From NCBI GenBank assembly GCA_002633005.1, contig NMRA01000708.1, positions 125,872 through 189,871 on the forward strand: DNA of 64,000 nt. Reading direction: 5' to 3'. This stretch comes from Phoronis australis (taxonomy: Eukaryota > Animalia > Phoronida). Under the pieces are notes generated by a model. That model saw only the letters and a list, made by a program, of their open reading frames with translations. It was not told where the DNA came from and ran no database searches. Positions 24,801 through 35,131 of this stretch are shown piece after piece (position 1 is the stretch's first letter; each line of letters begins with the position of its first letter). A program made the translations under genes and the position numbers.

Positions 24801-26872
24801 TTTGAACCAGTCAGTCATGGATAAAGGCTAGCTCATCGTTTAGAGAAGTTACAAGTTCTTTTACTGATCCAGCTGTGGATGCACAGTAATCGCAGTGTCA
24901 TCAGCATGTGAAACTGGTACACTGTTGTGGAGGACAGTAGGGAGACTATTAGCAAAAATAGTTAATAGAGGGCCTAGAATGAAACCCTGATGTACGCCCG
25001 TGATAACAATTGAGTAGTCAGAAAGTTGACAACGGACAGATCCGACTACCAGTGTGGGATGTGCCCCCTAGTGGCAGTTTTATCTTTTTTACGTTTACCT
25101 CTGTATCTTCAAAAGTCCTCAACGAATTGGAATATAGGCATCTATTAGCGAGATGACGCTAACACCTAGTTAATAGCTTTCTGTTAAAGAAATGATGGCA
25201 TGTTCCCGTTTTTGGATAGATTTGACATCTTTTGCCACTATCTTGTGGCCGTTTTTATGATACAAATAAACAACCCGAGAAGCACACCGTTTGCTGTGCA
25301 TTCATGAGCACATTTCAACTCTCCTCGTTGCTCTTGCATTCTATTGTACACATCATATCATCACTGGCTGGACCTCATGGGTCATGTCAATCAGATGCTG
25401 TATGTTAATAAACCAACAAAACAGCAAAATAAAACATAAATAACTAAAACCACGCACACAGTGTCACCCAACTGCTGTACAATTATTAGGTGTTACGGGT
25501 AGCTTCAGAACTAGGCTGAATACTATTTGCTTGCTTGTTTTCTAACCAATTGGTGTTTCATTATTATCCATGTTATATTCCATCCCAGGGTGACCCCTAT
25601 TTAAAGAATGAAAAGCTGCCCTCTGGAGGAACATCTTATGAAGACAAAGCTGAGGAGAGGAGAAGAACAGTTGGCAGTGATAACCCTTATCAAAGGGATG
25701 ATGCACCGGCCTCTGTGGACATGTAAGGCTACACTGATGGATTATTAATCTGTATTTTCTTATACTGATGATGTCAAACAGTCACATCCTAAGTTAAGCC
25801 ATGTACAGCATCATCTTTGGAAACTTTTTTTTCTGGAATTCTGAAAACTGATGAATTAAGCATTATTCACTGTCGCTGTTTATCCCAGACTGCAGTTGCA
25901 GGGCTGAAGTTAGTTCCGTGCTAATCACTTTCTTTGAAATATTTTTACCTGGTGTACATTTTCGTTGTGACAAGTTAGTGTTCCTTATTTTGCCTGATGT
26001 CTCTTTGATGCCACCATATGCTGCGTGTTTAGTTTTCTGTTCCCTTTTGCATCTGGGGTATTCTTGTCTTCCACAGGGCGATATCCTCAACCAACCTAGG
26101 TCACAAAATGATGGAGAAGATGGGCTGGAAGGCTGGAGAATCTCTGGGCAAGGGAGATATGGGAATCAAGGAGCCGGTAAGTTGGAAAGATTTCTGTTTA
26201 TTTCACCTGCACTGTGTTGTATACTGGAGACCAAATATCGCTGTGTCAAATTACTAAAGCAATTGGCTTGACTCCCCACTCCTGTGAGTCACGGTCTGTG
26301 ATCTTCTGCTGTGTCTACTGAGTCTAGATGCTGCATATAGGAGCCCGGTTCACAGCTTCTTTGGGTGCAGCCACACCTTGGGAATTGGAGGTCTGGTTTT
26401 TGTTTGTGTGGTTACTGGATAGGTCTCACCATCTTTGCAGGTGCCAGTTCTTATCTTGTTTACCTTGTCTTACCTTGAATGCCAGTCTAATTTCAGTTAA
26501 AGTGTGTATTAGTGTATAATTTTCTATATTGTCTTTTAATTGTAGATTAAAGTCAACATACGCTCCAATCAGCAAGCTGGGCTTGGGTCAGCTCATACAA
26601 CAGAGCACTCCATAGACAACCCTCAACTGGCAAGGAAGGTAGAGAAATGGGTCAAAGTTCAGAAACGCTATCAAAAATTGCAGTCAAAAAGTGGTACTAA
26701 TGTACCAGCTGGTGTATTTGAACCCATGGAGATCAATCAGAAGCTAAAGGTTAAAGGTCAAACCTGGGTCAAAGGTGGAGTAGAAAATGTGACTGTACCA
26801 GAGTCAGAAGAGACTGTTAAACCAAAAGTACCAACAAAGAATTTTGAAAAAATATTTGAAGATCTTCCCTGA
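18393..26872 (+). CDS. AGGF1: Angiogenic factor with G-patch and FHA domains 1 orthologue (10 coding exons per isoform; predicted 683 aa or 602 aa)
   Basis: Phase-compatible GT-AG exons: 18393-18863, 20059-20253, (20740-20812 or 20846-21161), 22031-22194, 22442-22543, 23607-23766, 24142-24224, 25589-25722, 26077-26176, 26546-26872. Domain order: coiled coil, OCRE (GFVYDENYGMYYDYNTGYYYDP...LYYDSNSGIYY), FHA (TVGR...VSKMH...SQNGTFVN), HIHPGTETCDGCEPG, G-patch (NLGHKMMEKMGWKAGESLGK...GIKEP...AGLG). Confidence 0.95.
19316..19400 (+). mobile_element. tRNA-derived SINE head in an AGGF1 intron
   Basis: Pol III A-box-like TGGCCTGGTGCG (~19326) and B-box GGTTCGAGTCC (19370-19380) at tRNA-like spacing; no complete cloverleaf. 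Confidence 0.6.
20059..20253 (+). CDS. AGGF1: AGGF1 coding exon 2 (OCRE remainder, basic patch)
   Basis: tttcag|AAA, KKCLYYDSNSGIYYRFNQSTNEYEYHSQID...KRKKKDKHRD, GAT|gtaagt; phase 0 to 0. Confidence 0.92.
20740..20812 (+). CDS. AGGF1: AGGF1 candidate alternative exon 3a (EESLADITDALSNLNIQQLRQNAI)
   Basis: Pyrimidine tract cctttcttttttgaattag|GAG, open frame, donor ATAG|gtacgt; phase 0 to 1. Confidence 0.65.
20846..21161 (+). CDS. AGGF1: AGGF1 exon 3b (acidic/Ser-rich linker, DMEEGELSDSSSSS)
   Basis: cttatttccag|AAG, open frame KKLKKCIRKES...EGDYESE, donor GAAG|gttaac; phase 0 to 1. Confidence 0.8.
22031..22194 (+). CDS. AGGF1: AGGF1 exon 4 (start of FHA)
   Basis: ctctttcag|GA, YPPCIRVIV...GATVGRENNMGHAVLVPDMNVSK|gttagt. 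Confidence 0.92.
22442..22543 (+). CDS. AGGF1: AGGF1 exon 5 (FHA)
   Basis: tgtttcag|ATG, MHCSLSYD...DHASQNGTFVNSVRISE|gtgaga. Confidence 0.92.
22856..23369. mobile_element. hAT-like MITE in an AGGF1 intron
   Basis: Perfect 13-bp TIR CAGGGCTTGGAAT / ATTCCAAGCCCTG, flanking direct repeat GGGTCTT (22849-22855 and 23370-23376), and subterminal TTCCGCG repeats. Confidence 0.85.
23607..23766 (+). CDS. AGGF1: AGGF1 exon 6 (end of FHA, HIHPG-CDGCEPG motif)
   Basis: ttttcag|CCA, PKVMSEPWPIQHDDVITIGGTSLLCHIHPGTETCDGCEPGQV, AGAG|gttagt. This exon is not in the supplied ORF track. Confidence 0.92.
24142..24224 (+). CDS. AGGF1: AGGF1 exon 7
   Basis: ctgctgcag|AC, IVILSREEKEKLRRKELKNIRKKYGLQ|gtagga. Confidence 0.9.
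24560..25040 (-). mobile_element. Degenerate CR1/L2-like RT fragment, antisense in an AGGF1 intron
   Basis: Peptides NKLTLNVSKTKSMLLG and CVDKFRYLGLILDPNLKFNMHIDHITKKLS, plus GVHQGFILGPLL and ADDT-like remnants upstream. Confidence 0.8.
25589..25722 (+). CDS. AGGF1: AGGF1 exon 8
   Basis: catcccag|GGT, YEDKAEERRRTVGSDNPYQRDDAPASVD, AT|gtaagg; phase 0 to 2. Confidence 0.9.
26077..26176 (+). CDS. AGGF1: AGGF1 exon 9 (G-patch)
   Basis: cttccacag|G, AISSTNLGHKMMEKMGWKAGESLGKGDMGIKEP|gtaagt. Confidence 0.93.
26546..26872 (+). CDS. AGGF1: AGGF1 last coding exon
   Basis: taattgtag|ATT, IKVNIRSNQQAGLGS...KWVKVQKRY...EDLP, stop TGA at 26870-26872. Confidence 0.9.
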   Translation: MKVNIRSNQQAGLGSAHTTEHSIDNPQLARKVEKWVKVQKRYQKLQSKSGTNVPAGVFEPMEINQKLKVKGQTWVKGGVENVTVPESEETVKPKVPTKNFEKIFEDLP

Positions 26873-27026
26873 CACACATATTGTTATCTAGTTATTATAT
26901 GCCTGGTTTTGTCTGTACAAATAACAATTTGTGATACCTTTATTGCGCAAGCATGTGTTTTATTTACACTGTCATCATGGATGACAAAAATATATACACC
27001 TCAAAAGGAGATTTTATTATGGTACC

Positions 27027-27066
<40 letters not shown>
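27027..27066. repeat. (TAT)n microsatellite just downstream of the AGGF1 stop
   Basis: Directly visible tattattatt run. Confidence 0.95.
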
Positions 27067-27329
27067 TTTATTACTGGTACCTCAAAATGCAAAAGAATCC
27101 ACTTTCATGCACTGTCAACCGATAAGCAATGCCATCCCTCACTCAGTCTTGCTTGGAAATGGTCCTAATACAAAATGTTTTACTATAGAGGATGTGCTTA
27201 TTCCATAATATACATGTCATGTACAGGTATTTACTATTTCCTTACCAAGGTCCTCACTGAAGTCAGACTGGCTAACTATCATGCCTCGCTTTGTCTTAGT
27301 GACAGGATCAACTCTGTCAATTCCATGCA

Positions 27330-27890
27330 CAAACGTGTCCTTGCACCGGGATGCTGTAGTCTTGTTTCTTTCTCAGCACTACCCGATGGCTTAACCATTG
27401 TGAGGCATATTTTGCCTAAAAGTTTCGGGCGTGTGTCGGATCCACCGTCTTCTTACCCACTACGCATAGTCTCTTACAACGGTTCTCTATTTTGAGAACC
27501 AATTTGATGCCTGTTATTCAGGGGAGAAAATTGGTTCTCGAAAATGTGGGGCCCCTGTAGGTGTCTGTTATCCCACTTCAACACCGCTTTGAGACTGGGA
27601 ATGACGTGATCATCCATTCTTAATGTCAAGCTCTTTAAACTCTTGAACTCTTTCTTTTTGTTTGAATGGATTACTAACCGAAGCCAATGCCCTTTCTTCA
27701 AATAGCCTGGCACTTTGCAGTTTTCCACTCCAGGGAAAACAGAAAATTATCAATAACATGACGTGAACTTTTCTTCCCGTCTGTGTGTGCTGCATGTCAA
27801 TCAGGTCAACCTCCATCCAGGAACACAGACTGCTGTCCATAATACATGGTAGATGTAGACAGCAGGGACGAGGCTCACTCAACACGTTCT
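27330..27890 (-). mobile_element. Decayed Ginger/KRBA2-SCAND3-like DDE integrase relic
   Basis: Across shifted frames: WMEVDLIDMQ (cf. QxDLIDM), VIHSNKKKEFK (cf. ILHSDNGxEF), SRHSQSQSGVE (cf. PRHPQSQGxVE), in the expected order. Confidence 0.6.
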
Positions 27891-28539
27891 AGGAAATTCT
27901 TTGACAACAGCCTATCTTCATTGGTATAGCCGTTTACAGTTAGTACAGTAATAATCAACATCTAAAGTAACCCAGCCAGTCGTCTTACCGAATTGGTGGG
28001 TAACCAGTCCTTACAGCCACTACTGTTAATCATTATACGGCCAATGTAAGGTCTACGGCAAACACTGGAAAACGTACCCATATCAAATATCTTATCTCGC
28101 AGCAATGTTTTTTTTTTCATAAGTTCTTCAGTCCAAGCTGGTAACCTTCGAAACTCACAGGCACATGTCGTTTAACCACTAGCCATGCTGTTTAATTTTG
28201 GCTAGGTGAGAGTCCGTGCAGACTGAGACCTTGCGTACATCGGACAATATTTCGTATACAGATGAGACACTGGAGTTTGTAATGTATGATGGGTGTCATG
28301 GACACTCGTATGCTGCTCTTGAGGCAGCGGCAGCTTTTGGTGGTACACAAGCCTGTACTTTTACACTTCTTTTTGGGTTACCAAAACGAGCAGCTTCCCC
28401 CAATGGCGATGTCTTGTCCATTTAACTCCCGGTGGTTCTCTGCTAATTCACCTACTTTGAAGCATCATTTCAAGTCTTACCATATTTTATTGCATTCGAG
28501 GCCAGAGTATTGGGTAGCATGACAACAGTTTTTGGAGTC

Positions 28540-28895
28540 CAGGGTAGACAGTGTGAATGTGGGCTCACACTTAACCGATACAAATGCGAGTTTCATTTGA
28601 CAACGATAACCCACATTGTGTTCTTGGCACGACGTAAGTAAGACGGGCTTTAGTAAATTGGACAGCAAAATTGAGGCGATAACAAGCGCAAGACAGTACG
28701 TGGATGAGTGAGGTCAGATCCTTTCTGGGACTGGTTCTGTTCCCTTCGAGATTCTTACCCGATTATTCGGCAGTCTCAGAGCTTTTTCGTGGGCTGACCA
28801 GGAAGGTATAGGTATTTACTTGGGGCGCAACCCAAGAGGTCGCGTTTACAAAGCTGAAGGAGATGATAACGTCGACTGAGACATGGGCTCATTTC
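28540..28895 (+). mobile_element. Decayed Ty3/Gypsy RT-connection fragment
   Basis: KCEF, DSKIEAI, EVRSFLGLV..SRFLPDYSAVSELFRGLTRK.*VFTWGATQEVAFTKLKEMITSTETWAHF. Confidence 0.8.
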
Positions 28896-30176
28896 CGGAG
28901 TTTTAATTTTTTAAATTTTTAGTATGAAATATTCAGTACAATGAATATACATACAAAGAAAGTGCCAAGAGGCATTGTATCTGGGTTAAATAAGTACAAA
29001 GAAATATATACTCTGCAACATATTCGTGGCGTACCCCGGATAAAATAGCGGATTACGATAAATACAATTATATACAAAAACATAAATTTAGAAAAAACAG
29101 ACAAACTCTGTTAACTATTTTTGGACTGGTATTTAATCTTCAAAGACTTCATGCAGTTGTAGGCCCCCACAGGCTGTTGATATTATCATTCTGTAGATAT
29201 CAGACCCATATGGCTAGAGGCGATAATATTAATTTTTAAAATTTCGTTTTGAAAGTTTTTTAAATAGCATATTTGATTAGGTCAAGAAACGTGCGCCTGG
29301 TTCAGGTTTTTGAATTTTGAAAATCGAATGCAAACCAATTCAGCGACTTCGCCAAACTTTTGCCCTCTCCCTTTCTTATCTCCACCACCTCCCCCCATTC
29401 TCCGGATGTCGCCAATTTAGAAACACTTCCTCACGCCCGCCCGGCACAAGTGGGAGCACGGTTTAACTATGACGCCTGCAAATTTTTGGGAGGAGGGGGC
29501 AAGGCCCGCGCTTCTTACGTCCTTGCATTTACGTGTAAATGGTAGCTTTCTATAGGGATTTTGGTTTTATCGAGAAGGGTGCTACCCTTATACATGTACC
29601 TATCGATATGTCTCTCGCTTCATCGTATTATGAGACTGGGGCATTCTAGTATACAGAAGACTGGCGAGCTAATATGTCAAACATTAATGAATACAAAAAA
29701 ATGTTTTGGTGATTCGAGACAACGTGAATTCGTCGGATGAAAATCAATAATTTCGCAAGAATTAATTCTGTATAACAATAAGAATAAATTTAGAGGCTAC
29801 CTAACTGCCAATGACATTGCTATTACTATACGGGTAGCATAACACTTTTGCGAAGGTTAAATTCGTTTTTATTTTATAGCAATAACATGTATAAATATAT
29901 TAAACGGTTATCCACATGGGACCACATCAATAATTACCGAAATGAAAATGTCATACTTACGGATCGTTCGAACCTATATTTGCGAATCCCATCATGACGT
30001 AGAGAAAACACCATGAAGTACAACTGAAATGCTAAGTAAATATACATTACTGTTCTCCCTGTCCAAATTTACCAACATTAACGTCAGTTTTGTCGACCAT
30101 TTTAAATATTAATATTTTACAGCGCCACAGACGAAATACGGGTGTTTGCTGGACATGTGACCAACCAGGGGCGGGA

Positions 30177-30446
30177 CTAGCCTAGAAATTTAGTTCGAAG
30201 GCCGTGAAACATCTCCGTGTCTGTGGTCTGCAGTCGTCGCGGGACAGTGCCTGACGAATACCGGCTTACCAAATAACTATCCATACATTCCGTTGTCAGA
30301 GCTTGTTCACGGCGCCTCTTTACAAGTTCTTCATCACTGTATTCCTGTTCGAACTGATAGCATGTGAAACGTAACGATCGATCCACCTGCGAAGTCTTCG
30401 TCGGGATGAGCTCTAGATCGTCTAAGTCGGGATTGCGAGTTGCCAT
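30177..30446 (-). mobile_element. Possible relic of a P2X7-C-terminal-like accessory ORF (KolobokP-type transposons)
   Basis: CYQFEQEYSDEEL...RRLQTTD resembles the PYxFEP...RLxxTxWC N-terminus of this family, but the cysteine cluster is absent. Weak. Confidence 0.3.
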
Positions 30447-31512
30447 GTCGACGTTTATTACTGAGCGTTCTGTTTCAAAATGAACTATTCTCACCCTTAT
30501 CAATACTGATACAAAAGTGAAACAAAGTCTGTCTCATTAGATGCAATTTGTAATGCCTTTGGAGTGTTCGTGAGTGCAAATGATTTGAGAAGCCATCAAT
30601 GAATAAATCACTGCGTTACCTGCTTTAGGTGCAATAAAGCTAATTGACGGGACACCGAGGCCGTGTGAGCTCATGCTAATTCAGTGCTTGCTGACAGAAA
30701 CTGTTTTGAAACAACTCGCTTTCTATCCCACGGCCAGGTGTTAGGGATATCTTTATTTACATTTACATTATTCAAATAATGATCGTCAATGCACAACTTG
30801 TGCCCTGACGGTTCTGTGGCCAAAGCGGAACCTGAATTCCGGCGTGGCCACCGACGAGTAAGTAGATATGCAGTTACGTGCCTAATTCACCAACATAACC
30901 ACGTGCACTTTACTTCTTTGGCTCACTAGTATAGTATTTTTTGACTGGTAGTTTAGTTTCAACTTTGGATGGTTTATGTTCGTGATGTCTGATCGGTTTC
31001 CGAGCCACGACTGGCCGGAATAACGATCAGTCCGGCCGCGACGGGCCTGATCGTGCTCCGAGCCACTGGCCAGGATAACAAGCGTTTTGCTGTGTTTAGA
31101 ACTAAAAAATCACAAGTCTAAACAACACAAATCTAGGTTCTCCTGTCTGTATCTCACGGAAAAATACTTCGAATTATCTCCGAATAGACCCCAAACTCCT
31201 GCTACGGACCTTATTGGCCTGCCGAACTTTGTAGGCTAAGGTGTGTCCAAAGTACAATAAATCCGTAACAACGAAATAAAACAACACGTTTTTATAAAAA
31301 CTCGGTATATTTTTAAGGGTTTTACATCGAAGTTTGGTGATTTATTGGTGTTAAAAGATGAATTCAAGCAATAAACTGACACCAGCAACCCGTGTTGTGA
31401 ACTGCTGAACAGACCGTTGCGTGTGAAACCAATTACGTCATTGGATAATTTCAACACTTCCGTCTGCCGTCAGGTGTCAGGTAACGCAGCCGTACGTGCC
31501 GTTATGGAGTAG

Positions 31513-31760
31513 GGGCCCGTTCCAACAAAACAGACTTAGCTAAGACAAATGTTAAATTTTAGTAAATTTTAAAATACAAGTTAAATTTGCCTCAAAACTA
31601 ATTCAAGAAAGAGATCTAAAGTTCGACTTAAGTGCGTGACATAAGTTTTGTCTTAATTTTGACTAACTTACCGAATGTGGAAGTTTCAAAGTTTCGAATT
31701 TAAGAAAAATCTTAAACTTAAGTAAAAAATGAACTTAAGTCAGTTTCTTGGATCAGGCCC
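31513..31760. mobile_element. AT-rich palindromic MITE
   Basis: Left GGGCCCGTTCCAACAAAACAGACTTAG versus reverse complement of the right end GGGCCTGATCCAAGAAACTGACTTAAG; interior rich in ACTTAA motifs. Confidence 0.7.
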
Positions 31761-32753
31761 TTGAACTACTCGATCTAAATTGATACAAATTAGGTTGTTT
31801 TTTGGGTGGCATGCTCCTTAAAACTTTTATGGTTGCAAGCGGGAAGTTGAAATTTAGCAGGAAATTCAGAAACCCTTCAGAAACTTAGGACTTGTAAGAA
31901 ATCTGGCAGGTCGACACCCTCTTTTCACCTGATTTTTGTAATCCATTACAGCGTTCTGTCGTTCAGTCACTTTTCCAGACGAGTGAGGTGTGCAGGAACG
32001 TGCGATAACATCTGGCTCTTTTGTTAACTACCCAGCTCAGTGTTTTGTCCTGTATGATAACAAGCAGGCCAATTATCTCCCAGGCTTCAAAGGAAACGTA
32101 TGGAGGTTGCACGCTATTACCGAACGCGTATGAACAGTCAAACCCATTGCGTCCGTTTGGACAGAATAGATTGTCTTAACTTCTGTTGTAGTTGGGCGAT
32201 TTTGGTGATTCAAAAGCGGAGCATGATCAGCATTTGAAGAGGAATTCAGCAATGATATTGGTTTAAGCTCAAATATGTTATAACTTAACTTTCATTATTA
32301 TCAGCCCAGCCCAGTCAGTCTAGATAGGATCTGATTGGAGATTAGAGCAATTATCGAGCAAAAGAGCGCAGGCCCTCCAACCATAAATGCCAGAATGAAG
32401 TTAATAAGTCGTGTAAGATGTTGGCTACGGGGGTAAACTTCCCAACTTGTTGTTGGGCTATAGAATCGAACAAGTTGGGAGCAACGGGAAGTCGCCGTCA
32501 TGTGGAGAGTTTTGCCAGTCTCAGCGGTGTACGTGGTAAAATTAGAGGCGCTCAAAGTCCATCGTTCCACCTTGAGCACTGAACGCAACTTACGGTACGT
32601 AGTCGCTACGTTTAAATGCCAAAAGATGGTTGGCTGCTCCTACGTGCGCCTACGCTCCACTACAGCACTGGTCAGTCTGAGTAATCCCGGCTCTCAGTTC
32701 GTAGTATTTGCATGCTAATGGCAACTTTGGCAGTGAAAGTTGCTGATTTGGAT

Positions 32754-32878
32754 CACAGGCGTCCTCATGGCTTCTGATCGTCCCCAATACACTATACACA
32801 CACACACACANACACACATATATACAATAGTATATTATATAGTGTATTGGGGACGATCGGAAGCTAAGGACGCCTGTG
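32754..32878. mobile_element. Short hairpin member of the CACAGGCGTCC foldback family with an internal (CA)n
   Basis: cacaggcgtcct..gcttctgatcgtccccaatacactata / tatagtgtattggggacgatcggaagct.aggacgcctgtg; N at 32811. Confidence 0.85.
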
Positions 32879-35131
32879 ATTTGGAGTAGGCCTAGCCTAC
32901 ATGTATTTTTGGTCATTAATTAGTCGGCTGCACTTCCACGTAAAAGATGGGGATCTTGACTTTTTAATCAGTTTAAGCTCAATAGACTTTGTGCAAGGTT
33001 TTCGAAGTTTCTGGCCCAGTATACTGCTCATATTTCTGGTATTGTACATCCGGGACAGACTTGGAGCTGTCAAGGCCTGTTTCTTCAAACCCAAAATCTG
33101 TAAGTGAACTGTTGAGTACCACCGTAGTAAAGATCGAGCCTGGCATACTCGCGAAAAAGATGCCTTTCAATCACGTGATTTTGCGTGGTTTTGCTTTTTT
33201 GCGAGATTGTTACGTCTACGGAACGCACCATTGTTATAGGCCCTTACAACTACGTACGAATTTATTAATGATAAAGCCTTGGACCAAGAGGGCCATCCCA
33301 GATTACACAGCGACACTCGAATCTCGTTGTATTTACTCTCAATGCCTAAAACATCCGTACATTTGCTACCTCGTTTTGGTGCCATTGAAGCTGGTATGTT
33401 ATTTGTTGTCCTATTCTTTACAAGTTTTTCTCGGTTGCATTGCTCTATTCGTCTTTCCTGTGCTAACGAAGTACAATACTATTGGCTGCAACTCCGAAGT
33501 GAGAAAGTTTAAGTTAAACAAATACCAGTGGATGCGGGATGTGAATTTCTTTGCCTTCCCTACATCAATGAGAGACACGAAAACTGTCCGATTTCCAAAA
33601 AGAGGTCACGTGCTTTCTTAACTCCGGGACATAGGAGAATTCTACTGCCGTGTAATTCGGGATTGTCCAAGTGAAGTTCACCAATTACTTCAAAGCGAAG
33701 AGTAACCGTCGCTAACTTAGCTCTTAAAGTTTCCAGTTTCCGCTAGAACTAGGAAGCGCAACGTGAGTAGTTGAAAACGTTATTTATGATCGAAATATGT
33801 CCCGAATAATAGATAAATGATACGTGCGTCGCAAGCTCGTTACCAGAGATGAAAAGGAGACCGAGGTTGGCGATATTATGTCATCTATTATGACTAATTC
33901 AATTACAATTACAAGTAAATATAGGCCTAGTGAATACAGATAAGTAAAATAAAAATGATAATCTTTCGTAAGATGGGTAATAAAAAAGCGCCGGCGACGT
34001 GGAAGTACATGTATGAGAGAATGACGAGAAACTGGGTGGTAGATGGTGTGAAAAATTATTAAGTTTTGGAACGTACGACAATGTGGCCAGAACAAAGGTG
34101 AACTGCAAACGAGGTTACAATAACAAAAAACGCTTAAGGACACGTGACAATCATCAGCCTATGAGAGCCAAGAGCTGACCAAACTCAAGGCACGTGATAA
34201 CAACAGACTAATACAAAAGCGTTAAATTTGACAAAGAAAATTCAAAATGCATTTCATAATTAGTAAAATGTATCGAATTGTCCAAACACCTTAGAAATCA
34301 TGTGATAATGTTCAACTAATAGCAATTAGCTTGAATAAAAGTAAAAATTCATGTTAAAAATTCTTGACACCATTACATGTACGTTGTTTAATTTAGATGA
34401 TTTTCGGCAGTTGTTCCACCCAAGCTATTGAAAAACTATACGTTTCGTCAGTTTACTGGAACTCAAACAAACATGATTTTGAAAGAGTGCTGCCATTTCA
34501 ACTACATAACTATATCTATCTCAAAACGTCGCATCCCAAATTGTACGTGGGAGTACTAAACACACCTACAGAGCAGTTGAAGCCATTGTAACAACATTTC
34601 CTCTAGATTCCTCTCTTTATGTTTCCTTTTTGCTACAAACTATCGGTTTATATTTTCATGGTGACGGTTATTGTTTCTCTCTGTTTCTCCGTGCTTAGAA
34701 ACTTTACGTTTTTATAACCATTACAGCAAAGATAAATCGAAATTCGTTTCTGGGTCCGTCCCATGTGGTGGTTGTCTGTTTTCGCCCATCTTGCACAGTA
34801 ATGTCTATTTAACTTGTCTCATCATCATAAATAATAGAAATCTCGCCCTTCTTCTCTGCCACTGAATATTGATCACAATAAGTCAACTATTAAACATTTT
34901 TTTCGGATTATATTTGATTATAATTTTACTCACAACCATTAAATTTCCTGGCACACAAGCAATATTTCAACTTAGAAGCTGTCGCCTACGAGTTTAGTAT
35001 GAAAGAGAGAAGCGACTCTTTCTACGTTATTGCGTCATTGTAACATGGTTGCACTCATATGCTACGTTTAGCCTCAAACGTATTGCTGGCGCAAACATTG
35101 AACGATCCATCCTGTACACTAGTTCAGTCAC

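Noticed and set aside
26909-27208. ORFs with poly-Leu or poly-Ile
   Set aside because: Translation of the (TAT)n microsatellite.
32989-33621. 210-aa plus-strand ORF
   Set aside because: Non-ATG start, no recognisable domain or coding-like composition.
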